From Deinococcales bacterium (GTDB lineage: Bacteria; Deinococcota; Deinococci; Deinococcales; JAAFIG01): DNA of 64,000 bases. The stretch is taken from the NCBI GenBank assembly GCA_031414595.1, contig JANNVX010000086.1, forward strand, positions 1 through 64,000. The letters are read 5' to 3'. The first letter of the stretch is position 1; the number at the start of each line of letters is the position of its first letter. The notes under the pieces are model-generated. The model did no database searches. It was not told where the DNA came from and saw nothing but the letters and a program-made list of their open reading frames with translations. The position numbers and the translations under genes are program-made. This document shows, piece after piece, positions 55,500-64,000 of this stretch.

Positions 55500-57746
55500 A
55501 TGACCCCGATGCAGCGCCTAAGACCCATTCATTGGGATGAAGTAGTTGGACAAGAACACGTCAAGGACGTGTTAAGACCAGCTTTGGAACGTGGGCGGAT
55601 TGGTCATGCCTATCTGTTTAGTGGTCCGCGTGGTGTCGGCAAAACCACCACGGCACGGCTGATTGCCATGACGGTTAATTGCGAAACGGCAGGTGTCAAA
55701 CCGTGTGGTACGTGCGATTCGTGTAAAAGCGTGATTGCAGGGCGGCATCCAGATGTTCTCGAGATTGATGCTGCCAGCAACAACAGCGTGGATGATGTCC
55801 GTGACTTGCGTGAAAAAGTGGCGCTGCAACCGATGCGAGGCGACAAAAAAGTCTATATCCTCGACGAAGCCCATATGATGAGTAAAAGTGCTTTTAATGC
55901 CCTCTTAAAAACCCTTGAAGAACCGCCGAGCCATGCGGTTTTTGTGCTTGCCACGACCGAACCAGAACGTTTACCAGCCACGATTCTCAGCCGTTGTCAG
56001 CATTACCGTTTTCGGCGTTTATCGGCGGATGAAATCGCGGGGAAACTCTTAAAAACCGCAACTGCCGAAGGGGTCAATCCATCGCCGCAAGCCTTAAATT
56101 TAATTGCTCGAGCCGCCGACGGTGCAATGCGTGACGGCGAGAGTTTACTCGAGCGTTTGTTGTCCTCGGGCGAACCGAATTTAACCCTCGAGATGGTTGA
56201 AGGTGCGCTTGGTTTGCCACCCCAAGACCGCGTTGAAGCCTTGGCGTTTGCCTTGGCTCGAGGTGACACAAAGCGTTTGATGCAGAGTTTAACTGCCTTT
56301 TACTCGGATGGTTTTGCGCCGCGCACGATTGTTGAACGGGTTAAAATTGCGCTGCGTGACCAATTACACGCCCAGCTTGGTTTAAGTAAAAACGTGACTG
56401 AAACATTTGCCGAAGTCAATTTGCTGCGTTTAATCAAAGCCCTTGATGAAGAAGACGGGCGTTTTGCACGGTCATCTGACCTGATTGCCTTAGAGATGGC
56501 GTTCACCAAAGCGATGTTAGCCCCAGACTCGAGCAGTGAGGCGGGTATGGTTTCACCAGCCCTAGAATCCCGAGTCGCCAACCTCGAGAAACAAGTTCGA
56601 GGCGCATTCCAAAAAGTGGTAGACGATGCCTTAAAAGCCAGTGGACAACGCGCCCCGAGTCAAGTTCCAGACTTTGACCCAATGGCAAGAACCCCGCGCC
56701 GTCCAGCCACCCCAGTACAACAAGATGAGCCGCCATTTGAAGTGCCAGAATCTCGAGCAGAGCAACCTCGAGTCTCAGAACTGCCACCATCTCGAGTTTC
56801 AGAACTCGCCCGAGAAAAAACGCCACTTGGCTCGAAAGGCTGGGCGGATGTGATTCTAAAAGCTGACTTGCGCTTGCGAGCCATTCTCAAAGAAGCGGTT
56901 GGGCATCTCAGTGCCGATACTTTGGTGATTGAGTACAGCAACCCAAAACACAAATGGCACGCTGACCAGGTGGCTGCCAAACTCGAGGAATTGGCGGCGC
57001 TAACCCAACAAGTCATTGGACAGGGCATTGCCCTTGAACTGGTCATGCCAGACGGCACTAAAAAAAACTCGAGAACCGTTCATAACCCCAGTACAAGCTC
57101 CTCAGCCGCTCGAGTAATTCCGGCTGTTTTGGAGAATTTACAACCGTTGGTGCAACCTGAACCAGAAATCCAAATTGTCCAACCTGAACCAGAAATTCAA
57201 CCTGTGCAACCTGACCCTGAACCTACCGTAGGGGCGAGGCATGCCTCGTCCGAACCCGAAACGCCCCTTGCCTTGCCCGAACCCGAAATCCCCGAATCTC
57301 TTTTTCTCGAGCCTGAACCCAATAAAACCGCCTTTCGAGTCGCCTCAGATTTAGCCTTTGATGCGCTTGGTTCAAACCCTGCCAAAGCGGGTTTGTTTAG
57401 CCCTGCCGAATTTATTGCGGCGCTCGAGCCAGATGCCGTAACCACTGAACCATTTTTTGAGGACACACCAATTCCTACTGAATATAGCCTTCTCGAGACT
57501 TATGACTTAGAAACCAGTGCCGATGCACCACCATTGGCTGCCCTTGAAATGGATTTTGGCGACCTCGAAAACACAACCCCAACCAAAGTCGTCTCGAGTC
57601 TTGTGGGACATCCGAATTATGCTTTGGTCAGTAAACTGTTCTCACATCGGGTGCGTGAAATTGGTAAGCTCGAGGTCAAAACGGTGATTGCCGAGGATGA
57701 CACAGCCAGCACACTGCCAACGCTGCCAACCGATGATTTGGAGTAA
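55500..57746 (+). CDS. dnaX: DNA polymerase III subunits gamma/tau
   Basis: GPRGVGKTT, PCG.C.SC, EIDAAS, DEAHM, NALLKTLEEPP, SRC; long Pro/Glu-rich C-terminal linker. Confidence 0.95.
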   Translation: MTPMQRLRPIHWDEVVGQEHVKDVLRPALERGRIGHAYLFSGPRGVGKTTTARLIAMTVNCETAGVKPCGTCDSCKSVIAGRHPDVLEIDAASNNSVDDVRDLREKVALQPMRGDKKVYILDEAHMMSKSAFNALLKTLEEPPSHAVFVLATTEPERLPATILSRCQHYRFRRLSADEIAGKLLKTATAEGVNPSPQALNLIARAADGAMRDGESLLERLLSSGEPNLTLEMVEGALGLPPQDRVEALAFALARGDTKRLMQSLTAFYSDGFAPRTIVERVKIALRDQLHAQLGLSKNVTETFAEVNLLRLIKALDEEDGRFARSSDLIALEMAFTKAMLAPDSSSEAGMVSPALESRVANLEKQVRGAFQKVVDDALKASGQRAPSQVPDFDPMARTPRRPATPVQQDEPPFEVPESRAEQPRVSELPPSRVSELAREKTPLGSKGWADVILKADLRLRAILKEAVGHLSADTLVIEYSNPKHKWHADQVAAKLEELAALTQQVIGQGIALELVMPDGTKKNSRTVHNPSTSSSAARVIPAVLENLQPLVQPEPEIQIVQPEPEIQPVQPDPEPTVGARHASSEPETPLALPEPEIPESLFLEPEPNKTAFRVASDLAFDALGSNPAKAGLFSPAEFIAALEPDAVTTEPFFEDTPIPTEYSLLETYDLETSADAPPLAALEMDFGDLENTTPTKVVSSLVGHPNYALVSKLFSHRVREIGKLEVKTVIAEDDTASTLPTLPTDDLE
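57060..57085 (+). other. A8 run, candidate slippage/frameshift site generating gamma
   Basis: ACT AAA AAA AAC; adding one A gives KKKLENRS* (TAA 57083-57085). Confidence 0.6.
57228..57251 (+). repeat. GTAG-type REP-like palindrome inside dnaX
   Basis: GTAG-GGGCGAGGC-AT-GCCTCGTCC, read in frame as VGARHASS. Confidence 0.7.
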
Positions 57747-57749
57747 AAA

Positions 57750-58274
57750 ATGAAAAAAATTGTGTTACTGCTGCTTTTGTGTGCTTCTGTGGCTCGAGCT
57801 TCTGATGCCAGCTTAAAGGTTACACCCGCCATCAGTCTGGAACGTGGTTTGACCGTGGTGCAAGGGCAGCAACTCGAGTTTCGGGTTTCACCGGGCATCG
57901 AGAAATTACAGACCGTGACCTTAAATATCACCCGAGGCGGAAGGGTTATGGGTGAGTATGCGATGCGCCAAGACGGTGCGGATTATGTGGCAAAATTACC
58001 ACTTGAATTGCCCTACGCCCATATTGTGACGGTGCGTTTGTATCAAGAAGCCAAAGTTTGGTCTTCGGCACTGGATTTAACTGCCTTGCAACCCGAAGAT
58101 GCCAAACTTGTTCCAGCCAACTCGAGTTTTACGCAAGCGCTTAATTTTTCTGTCACCGAAGGCAAAGCGGGTGGGGATGCCAATCCCTTGTGGGGCATTC
58201 TGGCATTGGTGATTTTAGGTGCTGGTGTGTTTATTGGTACTCGAGGCAAACCCAAGGTGATTTCTAATGCGTGA
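57750..58274 (+). CDS. Exported protein with C-terminal membrane anchor
   Basis: Signal peptide MKKIVLLLL; C-terminal TM. Confidence 0.7.
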   Translation: MKKIVLLLLLCASVARASDASLKVTPAISLERGLTVVQGQQLEFRVSPGIEKLQTVTLNITRGGRVMGEYAMRQDGADYVAKLPLELPYAHIVTVRLYQEAKVWSSALDLTALQPEDAKLVPANSSFTQALNFSVTEGKAGGDANPLWGILALVILGAGVFIGTRGKPKVISNA

Positions 58275-58692
58275 ACGAACTGGTCTAACCGATGTTAAAG
58301 ATGTTCTCGAGTCTGCCAAGACAATTGCCGTGCTGGGGGTCAGTGCCAACCTCGATAAACCCGCCCATTATGTGCCGCAGTACATGTTTGAACGTGGATA
58401 CAAGGTTCTGCCTGTCAATGCCTTACTTGTTGGTCAGATGATGTTTGACCAGCCTGTACTGGCTACTTTAGCTGAATTAAAACAACCGATTGATATTGTG
58501 GACATGTTTCGCCGTTCAGAATTTCTCGAGTCACACCTAGAAGATATTCTTGCGATGCGCCCCCTACCTAAACTGGTGTGGTTACAATTGGGGATTCGCA
58601 ATGATGATTTTACAAAAAAGTTGCTCGAGGCGGGAATAGAAGTGGTGCAGGACAGGTGCTTTCTGGCGGATCATGTAGATTTGCGTTTGTGA
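58267..58692 (+). CDS. CoA-binding protein (YccU-like)
   Basis: TIAVLG.S, GY.V.PVN, DIVDMFR, VWLQLGI, VVQDRC. Confidence 0.92.
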   Translation: MRERTGLTDVKDVLESAKTIAVLGVSANLDKPAHYVPQYMFERGYKVLPVNALLVGQMMFDQPVLATLAELKQPIDIVDMFRRSEFLESHLEDILAMRPLPKLVWLQLGIRNDDFTKKLLEAGIEVVQDRCFLADHVDLRL

Positions 58693-58730
58693 CGGATTAG
58701 TATATAACCCGTCACAACCTGCCTCATAAG

Positions 58731-60245
58731 TTAATTCAGTGTGGTTTGCACATAGCCTAAACACATTTCTTCTTCTGTGCCTTCACCCCAAACAATGTAC
58801 TTGGGTTTGCGTTGTTCGCCACCAAGGTACGGTTGGTTGGCTTGGCTGTTATCAAAGACACAAGTGATTCTAAAAGTATCGCCTGGCTGGACTTTAACAG
58901 CTTGTTCAAACCAGTAAAAACCTTGCCAATGAAAATCCCAATTGGGAATATCGAGCAGCACTTTACGATTGTCTTTGTTGGGGTTAATCTCGAGCTTGAT
59001 GCTTTTGCCAAGGTAGTGCATATGACCAGCCAAACCATGCAGGGTTAAATTGGCGGGGACGGGGTACTCGCAAACCGTTTCGATTCGGGTTGCATCTGAA
59101 CCGTTGATGTACTGGTCTATATTTCGCACACAGCTTCGCAGTACACTTCCGCCTTTGCGGTTGCGATTACCGCTCGAGTTATTAAGCGCTAAAACCCGTT
59201 CATAAGCGGCTTCGCGGTTACAAGCATTCTTTGGGTCATTTGGGTACGCTCCAGCACAAGGCAACTCGACGGGGGCAGTAGGGGCAAAATTCAAAATTGC
59301 TTTGAGGCGCATTCCAATTGGCGCAAGCTCGAGTTTAACTGCGCTTTGGTCGGGTTTAGCGCCGTTAGCAAGGTTGTAATGGACTTGCAGTAACAATTGC
59401 GAACCAGCCCGCAAACGAATTCCAGTGCTTTCGGGGAATTTGACGGCTGGGCTACCAGGTGCCCAAGCGCCAATCGGTTGTAAGCCATTTGCCACTCGAG
59501 GACCGCCAAAACAAGTGTAGCCATCGCGGTTATCGCCTTCGTCACGCTCGAGTTTTTGCGCCTCATTAATCAAACCCGCCTCGAGTTCAAACATCAAGAC
59601 ATGATGCACCACTGCCTTATTGCCCGGCAGGATGTCGTACCCCGTAATAAAACGTTCGCCTTCGAGCTTAGGGTCTACCCGAAAACAACGGTACTCATCG
59701 GATAGGGTCTTATTTGGCACAAATAACTGAGGCATAGACAATTTCAGGTCTGAGCGAACATTGACCTTGGTGACTCGAGACTCGGCAGAAACAGCTTTTT
59801 TGCTGTCGCCAGCCGGAGCGCCACTCCAAGACCAATTGGCAAGAATCGCAATTTCGTCTTTACTGAGGCGCAATTCGTGCTTTAACTTAGGACTTTCACC
59901 GTTGGGCGGAAAAGGTGGCATTCTTTGCGCCCGAGTATCCAAGTAAATTTGCCGATGATAGGCTGTGACAGTTTTCAGGTTGTCTAAAGCAAATGGAGCA
60001 ATACCGTCTTGGACATGGCAAGAGACACAATTTGCCTCGAGAATCGGTTTGACATGCTGGTAATAATTGGGAATGTAATCCAGAAGGGGTGGCACGGTGC
60101 TGCCGTTGTTGCCGGCTAGACTTAAGTGTGCGCCATGCTTAGAGACTGGACGGGTCTCACCAGCCCCAACCGAACGAAACGCCATGCCAATTGCACCGAG
60201 TCCAAAAAGACAGGCAGCCGCCAAAACCAGTTGTGAACTTTTCAT
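58731..60245 (-). CDS. Copper type II (PHM/DBH-like) monooxygenase with N-terminal CxxCH haem c motif
   Basis: CVSCH; DEYRCF, VVHH, QVHY, HMH, WDFHWQ and EEMC copper-site motifs; signal peptide. Confidence 0.85.
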   Translation of the reverse strand: MKSSQLVLAAACLFGLGAIGMAFRSVGAGETRPVSKHGAHLSLAGNNGSTVPPLLDYIPNYYQHVKPILEANCVSCHVQDGIAPFALDNLKTVTAYHRQIYLDTRAQRMPPFPPNGESPKLKHELRLSKDEIAILANWSWSGAPAGDSKKAVSAESRVTKVNVRSDLKLSMPQLFVPNKTLSDEYRCFRVDPKLEGERFITGYDILPGNKAVVHHVLMFELEAGLINEAQKLERDEGDNRDGYTCFGGPRVANGLQPIGAWAPGSPAVKFPESTGIRLRAGSQLLLQVHYNLANGAKPDQSAVKLELAPIGMRLKAILNFAPTAPVELPCAGAYPNDPKNACNREAAYERVLALNNSSGNRNRKGGSVLRSCVRNIDQYINGSDATRIETVCEYPVPANLTLHGLAGHMHYLGKSIKLEINPNKDNRKVLLDIPNWDFHWQGFYWFEQAVKVQPGDTFRITCVFDNSQANQPYLGGEQRKPKYIVWGEGTEEEMCLGYVQTTLN

Positions 60246-60319
60246 GAAACCAGCATAGCCTCTAAAAGGTCATGAATCAAGCATGGAAATTACGATTCTC
60301 GAGCCGTACAATAAAAACC

Positions 60320-61033
60320 ATGAAAAACCCGATGATTTTACTCTTGGCACTGACCCTGCTTGGTTTTGCCACCGCCCAAAACCGCACCTTGGAAACCGCA
60401 AAAACCTTGTATGGCAAAGGTGACTTCAAGGGTGCGGTACAAATTGCCGAAGATATTCTCACTTCCGACGGTCAAGCCTTTGCCGCCAAAGCCAACAACA
60501 CCTATGCCCTGACCCAAGCCGACAGCAAACAAGACCCCATTTATGGGCAATCCGAAAAATACGCCCGCAAAGCCATTTCGCTCGATACAAAAAACCCAGA
60601 AGCCTACTTTGAACTGGCAAGGGCTTTAGGACGCTTAAGTCAATTGCGCGGCGTAGGTGCAGCTTTAGCCCAAGGACTCGGAACGCAAATCCGAGAGAGC
60701 TTAGAAAGCGCCCTGCAATACGACCCAAAACACGCCCCAAGCATGGTGGGTTACGGGCTTTGGCATGCCGAAATTGTCAGTAAAGGTGTGGGCTGGTTGT
60801 ACGGTGCAAGTGCTGAAGCTGCTGTTTTGTACTTTGAACGCGCCATTAAACTCGAGCCGAAAATGATTATCCATAAAGTCGAATATGCCAGAGGGCTACT
60901 GCTGCTCGACAAGAAAAAGTATCTCGAGAAAGCTATAGATTTACTCGAGGAAGCCATTAAACTCAAACCCGAAGATGCTGCTGAACAACTCGATTTGACT
61001 CGAGCCAAAGCCGATTTGGCTGCCCTACGTTAA
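60320..61033 (+). CDS. Secreted TPR-like protein
   Basis: Signal peptide, helical repeats (A...DP/N.EAY); TACAAT 7 nt before ATG 60320. Confidence 0.75.
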   Translation: MKNPMILLLALTLLGFATAQNRTLETAKTLYGKGDFKGAVQIAEDILTSDGQAFAAKANNTYALTQADSKQDPIYGQSEKYARKAISLDTKNPEAYFELARALGRLSQLRGVGAALAQGLGTQIRESLESALQYDPKHAPSMVGYGLWHAEIVSKGVGWLYGASAEAAVLYFERAIKLEPKMIIHKVEYARGLLLLDKKKYLEKAIDLLEEAIKLKPEDAAEQLDLTRAKADLAALR

Positions 61034-61777
61034 TAAATCACGCAGGGTTTGCAGGTATTCACGGTGTGTAAAATCAAGCCGCAAAGGTGTGACCGAAATA
61101 AAACCTTGTTCAACCGCCGTGTAATCCGAATCCGCTTCGGTGTCGCCTGTCGCCACACCACCGACCCAATAATAGGTTTTACCTTCTGGGTCGCGTCGTT
61201 CAGAAACATTATCCTCGTAATGATGTGTGCCTTGTACCGTCACCCGCACACCTTTGGGAATACCGGTGGGGATATTGACGTTCAGTACAGTTTTACTCGG
61301 TAAGCCCTGCTCGAGAATCTGAGCCGCCAAAACCCGAGCAAAGGCGGCACTGTGTGCATAATCCATATCATCGGAAAACGACTGGCTAAAAGCAATACTG
61401 GGGATTCCAATGTGCGTCCCTTCGATGGCACAAGCAAACGTTCCAGAATGGGTTAAATCGTAGCCAAGGTTCGGTCCGTAATTGATGCCGCTAACCACCA
61501 AATCTGGTTTGCCAAGCTGATGAACCCCCATCACCACACAATCGGTCGGTGTGCCATCCACACGGTAGGCTTTAATACTTGGATGTAAGCCCTCGAGCTT
61601 GGTTGACTTAAAACGCAACGGACGACGAATTGTAATCCCGTGTCCGACACCAGATTGTTCAAATTCAGGGGCAACAATCACCACATTGGCAAGGTCGGCA
61701 AGGGCGTTAGCAAGGGCGAGAAGTCCATGACTGTAAACACCATCGTCGTTAGCCACCAAAATTGTTTTTCGGTTCAT
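61025..61777 (-). CDS. surE: 5'/3'-nucleotidase SurE
   Basis: ILVANDDG, EQSG.GH, GTPTDCV, SGINYG.N.G, SGT, ISVTPL. Confidence 0.95.
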   Translation of the reverse strand: MNRKTILVANDDGVYSHGLLALANALADLANVVIVAPEFEQSGVGHGITIRRPLRFKSTKLEGLHPSIKAYRVDGTPTDCVVMGVHQLGKPDLVVSGINYGPNLGYDLTHSGTFACAIEGTHIGIPSIAFSQSFSDDMDYAHSAAFARVLAAQILEQGLPSKTVLNVNIPTGIPKGVRVTVQGTHHYEDNVSERRDPEGKTYYWVGGVATGDTEADSDYTAVEQGFISVTPLRLDFTHREYLQTLRDLLT

Positions 61778-61829
61778 CAGGCTAGGATTCTACGCTTTTG
61801 CCTTTCGCCTTTTGGGTTATGCTTATTCG

Positions 61830-62558
61830 GTGTTGGATTTATGTTTAATTGTGGCGCATCCCGATGACGAATGCTACGGCACTGGTGGGACATTGGCAGA
61901 ATATGCCGCCAAAGGGCTAAAAACGGGCTTAATCACCCTAACCAAAGGCTCGAGTGGACGCAGCTTGGGCTTGTGTTCCCAAGAAGAACTGCCAGAATTT
62001 AGAGCCAAAGAGTTAATGGGCAGTGTCCAAGCGCTGAGCATCAGCAATTTTGTACATCTCGAGTACCCCGACGCAGCCCCAGCCGCTCGGGACAGCAACC
62101 ATAAAGATGACGCGCCAGCCTTGTTTTTGGGCGGTTTACAAGATTTTGTCCCCCAAGCCACGGCTGAAGTTGTGGCGCTGCTCGAGACTTGGCAACCCAA
62201 AGTGGTGATTACTTTTGCAGCCGATGGTGGTAATCGGCATCCAGACCATGTGGCTTCGCATTTTATTACCATGGCTGCCCTCGAGCAAACTGGGTTGTTA
62301 GCCAAAGGCACAAAGGTTTTTGCCTTTGCCAATCCGATGTTACTCAATCCAGACTGGGCAGATACATGGTTGCCACCAACCCATTTTCGGGATGTGACGG
62401 CGCATTTAGTGCCAAAATTTAAGGCAATTGCCTCGCACCGCACCCAAGCCTTGTCCACAGTCGGGTTTTTAGCAAGGCTACCTGAACGGGTTGCCCTCGA
62501 GACTTTCAGGCAACTCGTGCCAAAGTTAGATAATACAGAACCACAATCCGAGTTCTAA
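61830..62558 (+). CDS. PIG-L/LmbE family deacetylase
   Basis: AHPDDE, HPDH and H.TQ motifs; TATGCT 6 nt before GTG 61830. Confidence 0.88.
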   Translation: MLDLCLIVAHPDDECYGTGGTLAEYAAKGLKTGLITLTKGSSGRSLGLCSQEELPEFRAKELMGSVQALSISNFVHLEYPDAAPAARDSNHKDDAPALFLGGLQDFVPQATAEVVALLETWQPKVVITFAADGGNRHPDHVASHFITMAALEQTGLLAKGTKVFAFANPMLLNPDWADTWLPPTHFRDVTAHLVPKFKAIASHRTQALSTVGFLARLPERVALETFRQLVPKLDNTEPQSEF

Positions 62559-62573
62559 GGTAGACTGTGTTTA

Positions 62574-63554
62574 ATGAACCAATTTGAAGCACCAGCCAGA
62601 ACAGTTCTGACCGCCAAAGACCCGAGCATCGAAGCCCAAAGTGTCTCGAAACGCTATGGGCGTTATCCTGTGCTGGAAGCGGTTTCGTTTAAGGTACTGC
62701 CCGGCGAAGTGTATGCTTTAGCAGGACCAAACGGCGCGGGCAAAACCACTTTAATTCGGATTATCACCGGTTTATCCTTTCCGACTTCTGGCAAAATCCT
62801 GCTTTGCGGCGAGGATGTTCACACTGGGGGTTCAAAAGTACGCCGAGCTTTAGGCGCAGTGGTCGAAGCACCGGCAGCCTTTTATCCGCACATGACCGGA
62901 CGCGACAACCTGATGGCTCATGCCAAATTAGCTGGTGGGGTGGGATTTTCTACCGACCACCGCAATCCGCTATTGTTAGACGAGAACCGCATCCGCGAAG
63001 TGATTACCAATGTCGAACTGACCCGAATGCAAGACCGTTTTGTGCGCGAATACAGCCTAGGGCAACGCCAACGCCTCGGACTCGCCGCCGCCATCCTGAC
63101 CAACCCTCGAGTGCTGGTTTTGGATGAACCGACCAGTGGACTAGACCCCTTGGGCATCAACCTTGTTCACCGTGTTTTATCGGGCATGGCAGCCACGGGT
63201 ACAGCCGTGATTCTAAGCACCCACCACCTGCGCGAAGTCAGTCAGTACGCCCACCGCGTCGGTATCCTCTCGAGCGGCAAGTTATTAGACGAAGTAGACC
63301 TAGGCGCACGCAGTAGCGCTTACCGTTTTAGGGTAGATGATGCCCCTCGAGCCGCTGCCGCCATGTCAACCCAACCCTTTGTGGTGCGTTCCTTTGCCCG
63401 TCCGCCTTATGTGATTGTCCATTTGGATTCTGAACTTCGCGCCCCAGATGCCATCCGAGCCTTGGCAGTCGAAGGTATCCGAATGTTTGAAGCCAACCCA
63501 GACCATTTTGATTTATACGAGTATTACCGTGAACGGGTCGAAAGAGAATTTTAA
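62574..63554 (+). CDS. ABC transporter ATP-binding protein
   Basis: GPNGAGKTT, YSLGQRQR, LDEPTSGLD, STH. Confidence 0.95.
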   Translation: MNQFEAPARTVLTAKDPSIEAQSVSKRYGRYPVLEAVSFKVLPGEVYALAGPNGAGKTTLIRIITGLSFPTSGKILLCGEDVHTGGSKVRRALGAVVEAPAAFYPHMTGRDNLMAHAKLAGGVGFSTDHRNPLLLDENRIREVITNVELTRMQDRFVREYSLGQRQRLGLAAAILTNPRVLVLDEPTSGLDPLGINLVHRVLSGMAATGTAVILSTHHLREVSQYAHRVGILSSGKLLDEVDLGARSSAYRFRVDDAPRAAAAMSTQPFVVRSFARPPYVIVHLDSELRAPDAIRALAVEGIRMFEANPDHFDLYEYYRERVEREF

Positions 63555-63596
63555 GCTATGAGTCTCGAGCTACGGGCTATGAGCTATGAGCTATAA
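63555..63596. repeat. Six tandem heptamers (consensus GCTATGA)
   Basis: GCTATGA GTCTCGA GCTACGG GCTATGA GCTATGA GCTATAA. Confidence 0.8.
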
Positions 63597-63614
63597 GGAA
63601 AATCACACCCACGG

Positions 63615-63646
63615 TTCACCTTTTAACCCTTTCACCTTTTAACCCT
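63615..63646. repeat. Perfect 16-bp tandem duplication
   Basis: TTCACCTTTTAACCCT twice. Confidence 0.85.
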
Positions 63647-63663
63647 GCCCTTAAAGGAATCCC

Positions 63664-64000
63664 ATGACAAAAAATCTTTCTAATCGCGTTGGTTACGGTG
63701 TTCTTTCGCTCGAGTTCCGTAAATTACTGGGTTTTCGCAGTGTGCGGCTTGGTTTGCTGGTGGCTTTTATTCTGCCAGCCATTCTGACGCTTGCCCCCGA
63801 TGAGGGAATCGCCCAAGTGATTGGGGCGGATGTGATTCTGGTTTCGGGTTGGCAAGTTCCCGGGATGGCGCTCTATATCATGATGCCGTTTATGTTGCCG
63901 TTACTGACGGCTGTGACTTGTGCCGAGTTGGTTGGCGGCGAAATGGACTGGGGGACACTGCGCCCGTTGTTACTGCGCCCAGTCTCGAGAACCCGTGTGA
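63664..64000 (+). CDS. ABC-2 type permease (partial, runs off the window)
   Basis: MTKNLSNRVGYGVLSLEFRKLLG...ELVGGEMDWGTLRPLLLRPVSRTRV; AAGGA RBS; follows the ABC ATPase. Confidence 0.85.
   Translation, partial: MTKNLSNRVGYGVLSLEFRKLLGFRSVRLGLLVAFILPAILTLAPDEGIAQVIGADVILVSGWQVPGMALYIMMPFMLPLLTAVTCAELVGGEMDWGTLRPLLLRPVSRTRV

Noticed and set aside
1-64000. tRNA, rRNA or known riboswitches
   Set aside because: None recognised by eye in the intergenic regions; an Infernal/tRNAscan run would be needed to exclude them.

Overview
Chromosomal window from a bacterium of phylum Deinococcota, inferred from an SlpA-type SLH/coiled-coil/beta-barrel protein, many leaderless TANNNT-N6/7-ATG starts, an A-run in dnaX at the Thermus slippage position and Deinococcus-style lipoproteins. 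Housekeeping genes (maf-mreC-mreD-glpX, rarA, slpA, cdaA-cdaR, lipA, thrC, trmFO, aroB, dnaX, surE) are interleaved with accessory blocks. (1) An IS630 end next to a CDP-3,6-dideoxyhexose locus that includes a YerE-like ThDP enzyme. (2) An AT-rich island of an SPPY-type DNA methyltransferase convergent with a wHTH-like protein, a P-loop ATPase and a PIN protein, a candidate undescribed defence system. (3) An operon of an unannotated 55-aa YxxPxL peptide, a 950-aa beta-helix lipoprotein, three tail-collar proteins, a Tat binding protein and a GNAT, with DUF6916 on the opposite strand; this is my best candidate for an undescribed system. (4) Four tandem secreted double-domain paralogs that share an 11-bp-period operator with that operon. 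(5) A stand-alone small alarmone synthetase overlapped by a predicted antisense small RNA. The palindrome CTCGAG is extremely over-represented throughout and is sparse in the AT-rich islands. All family assignments come from motif recognition by eye; no searches were run.
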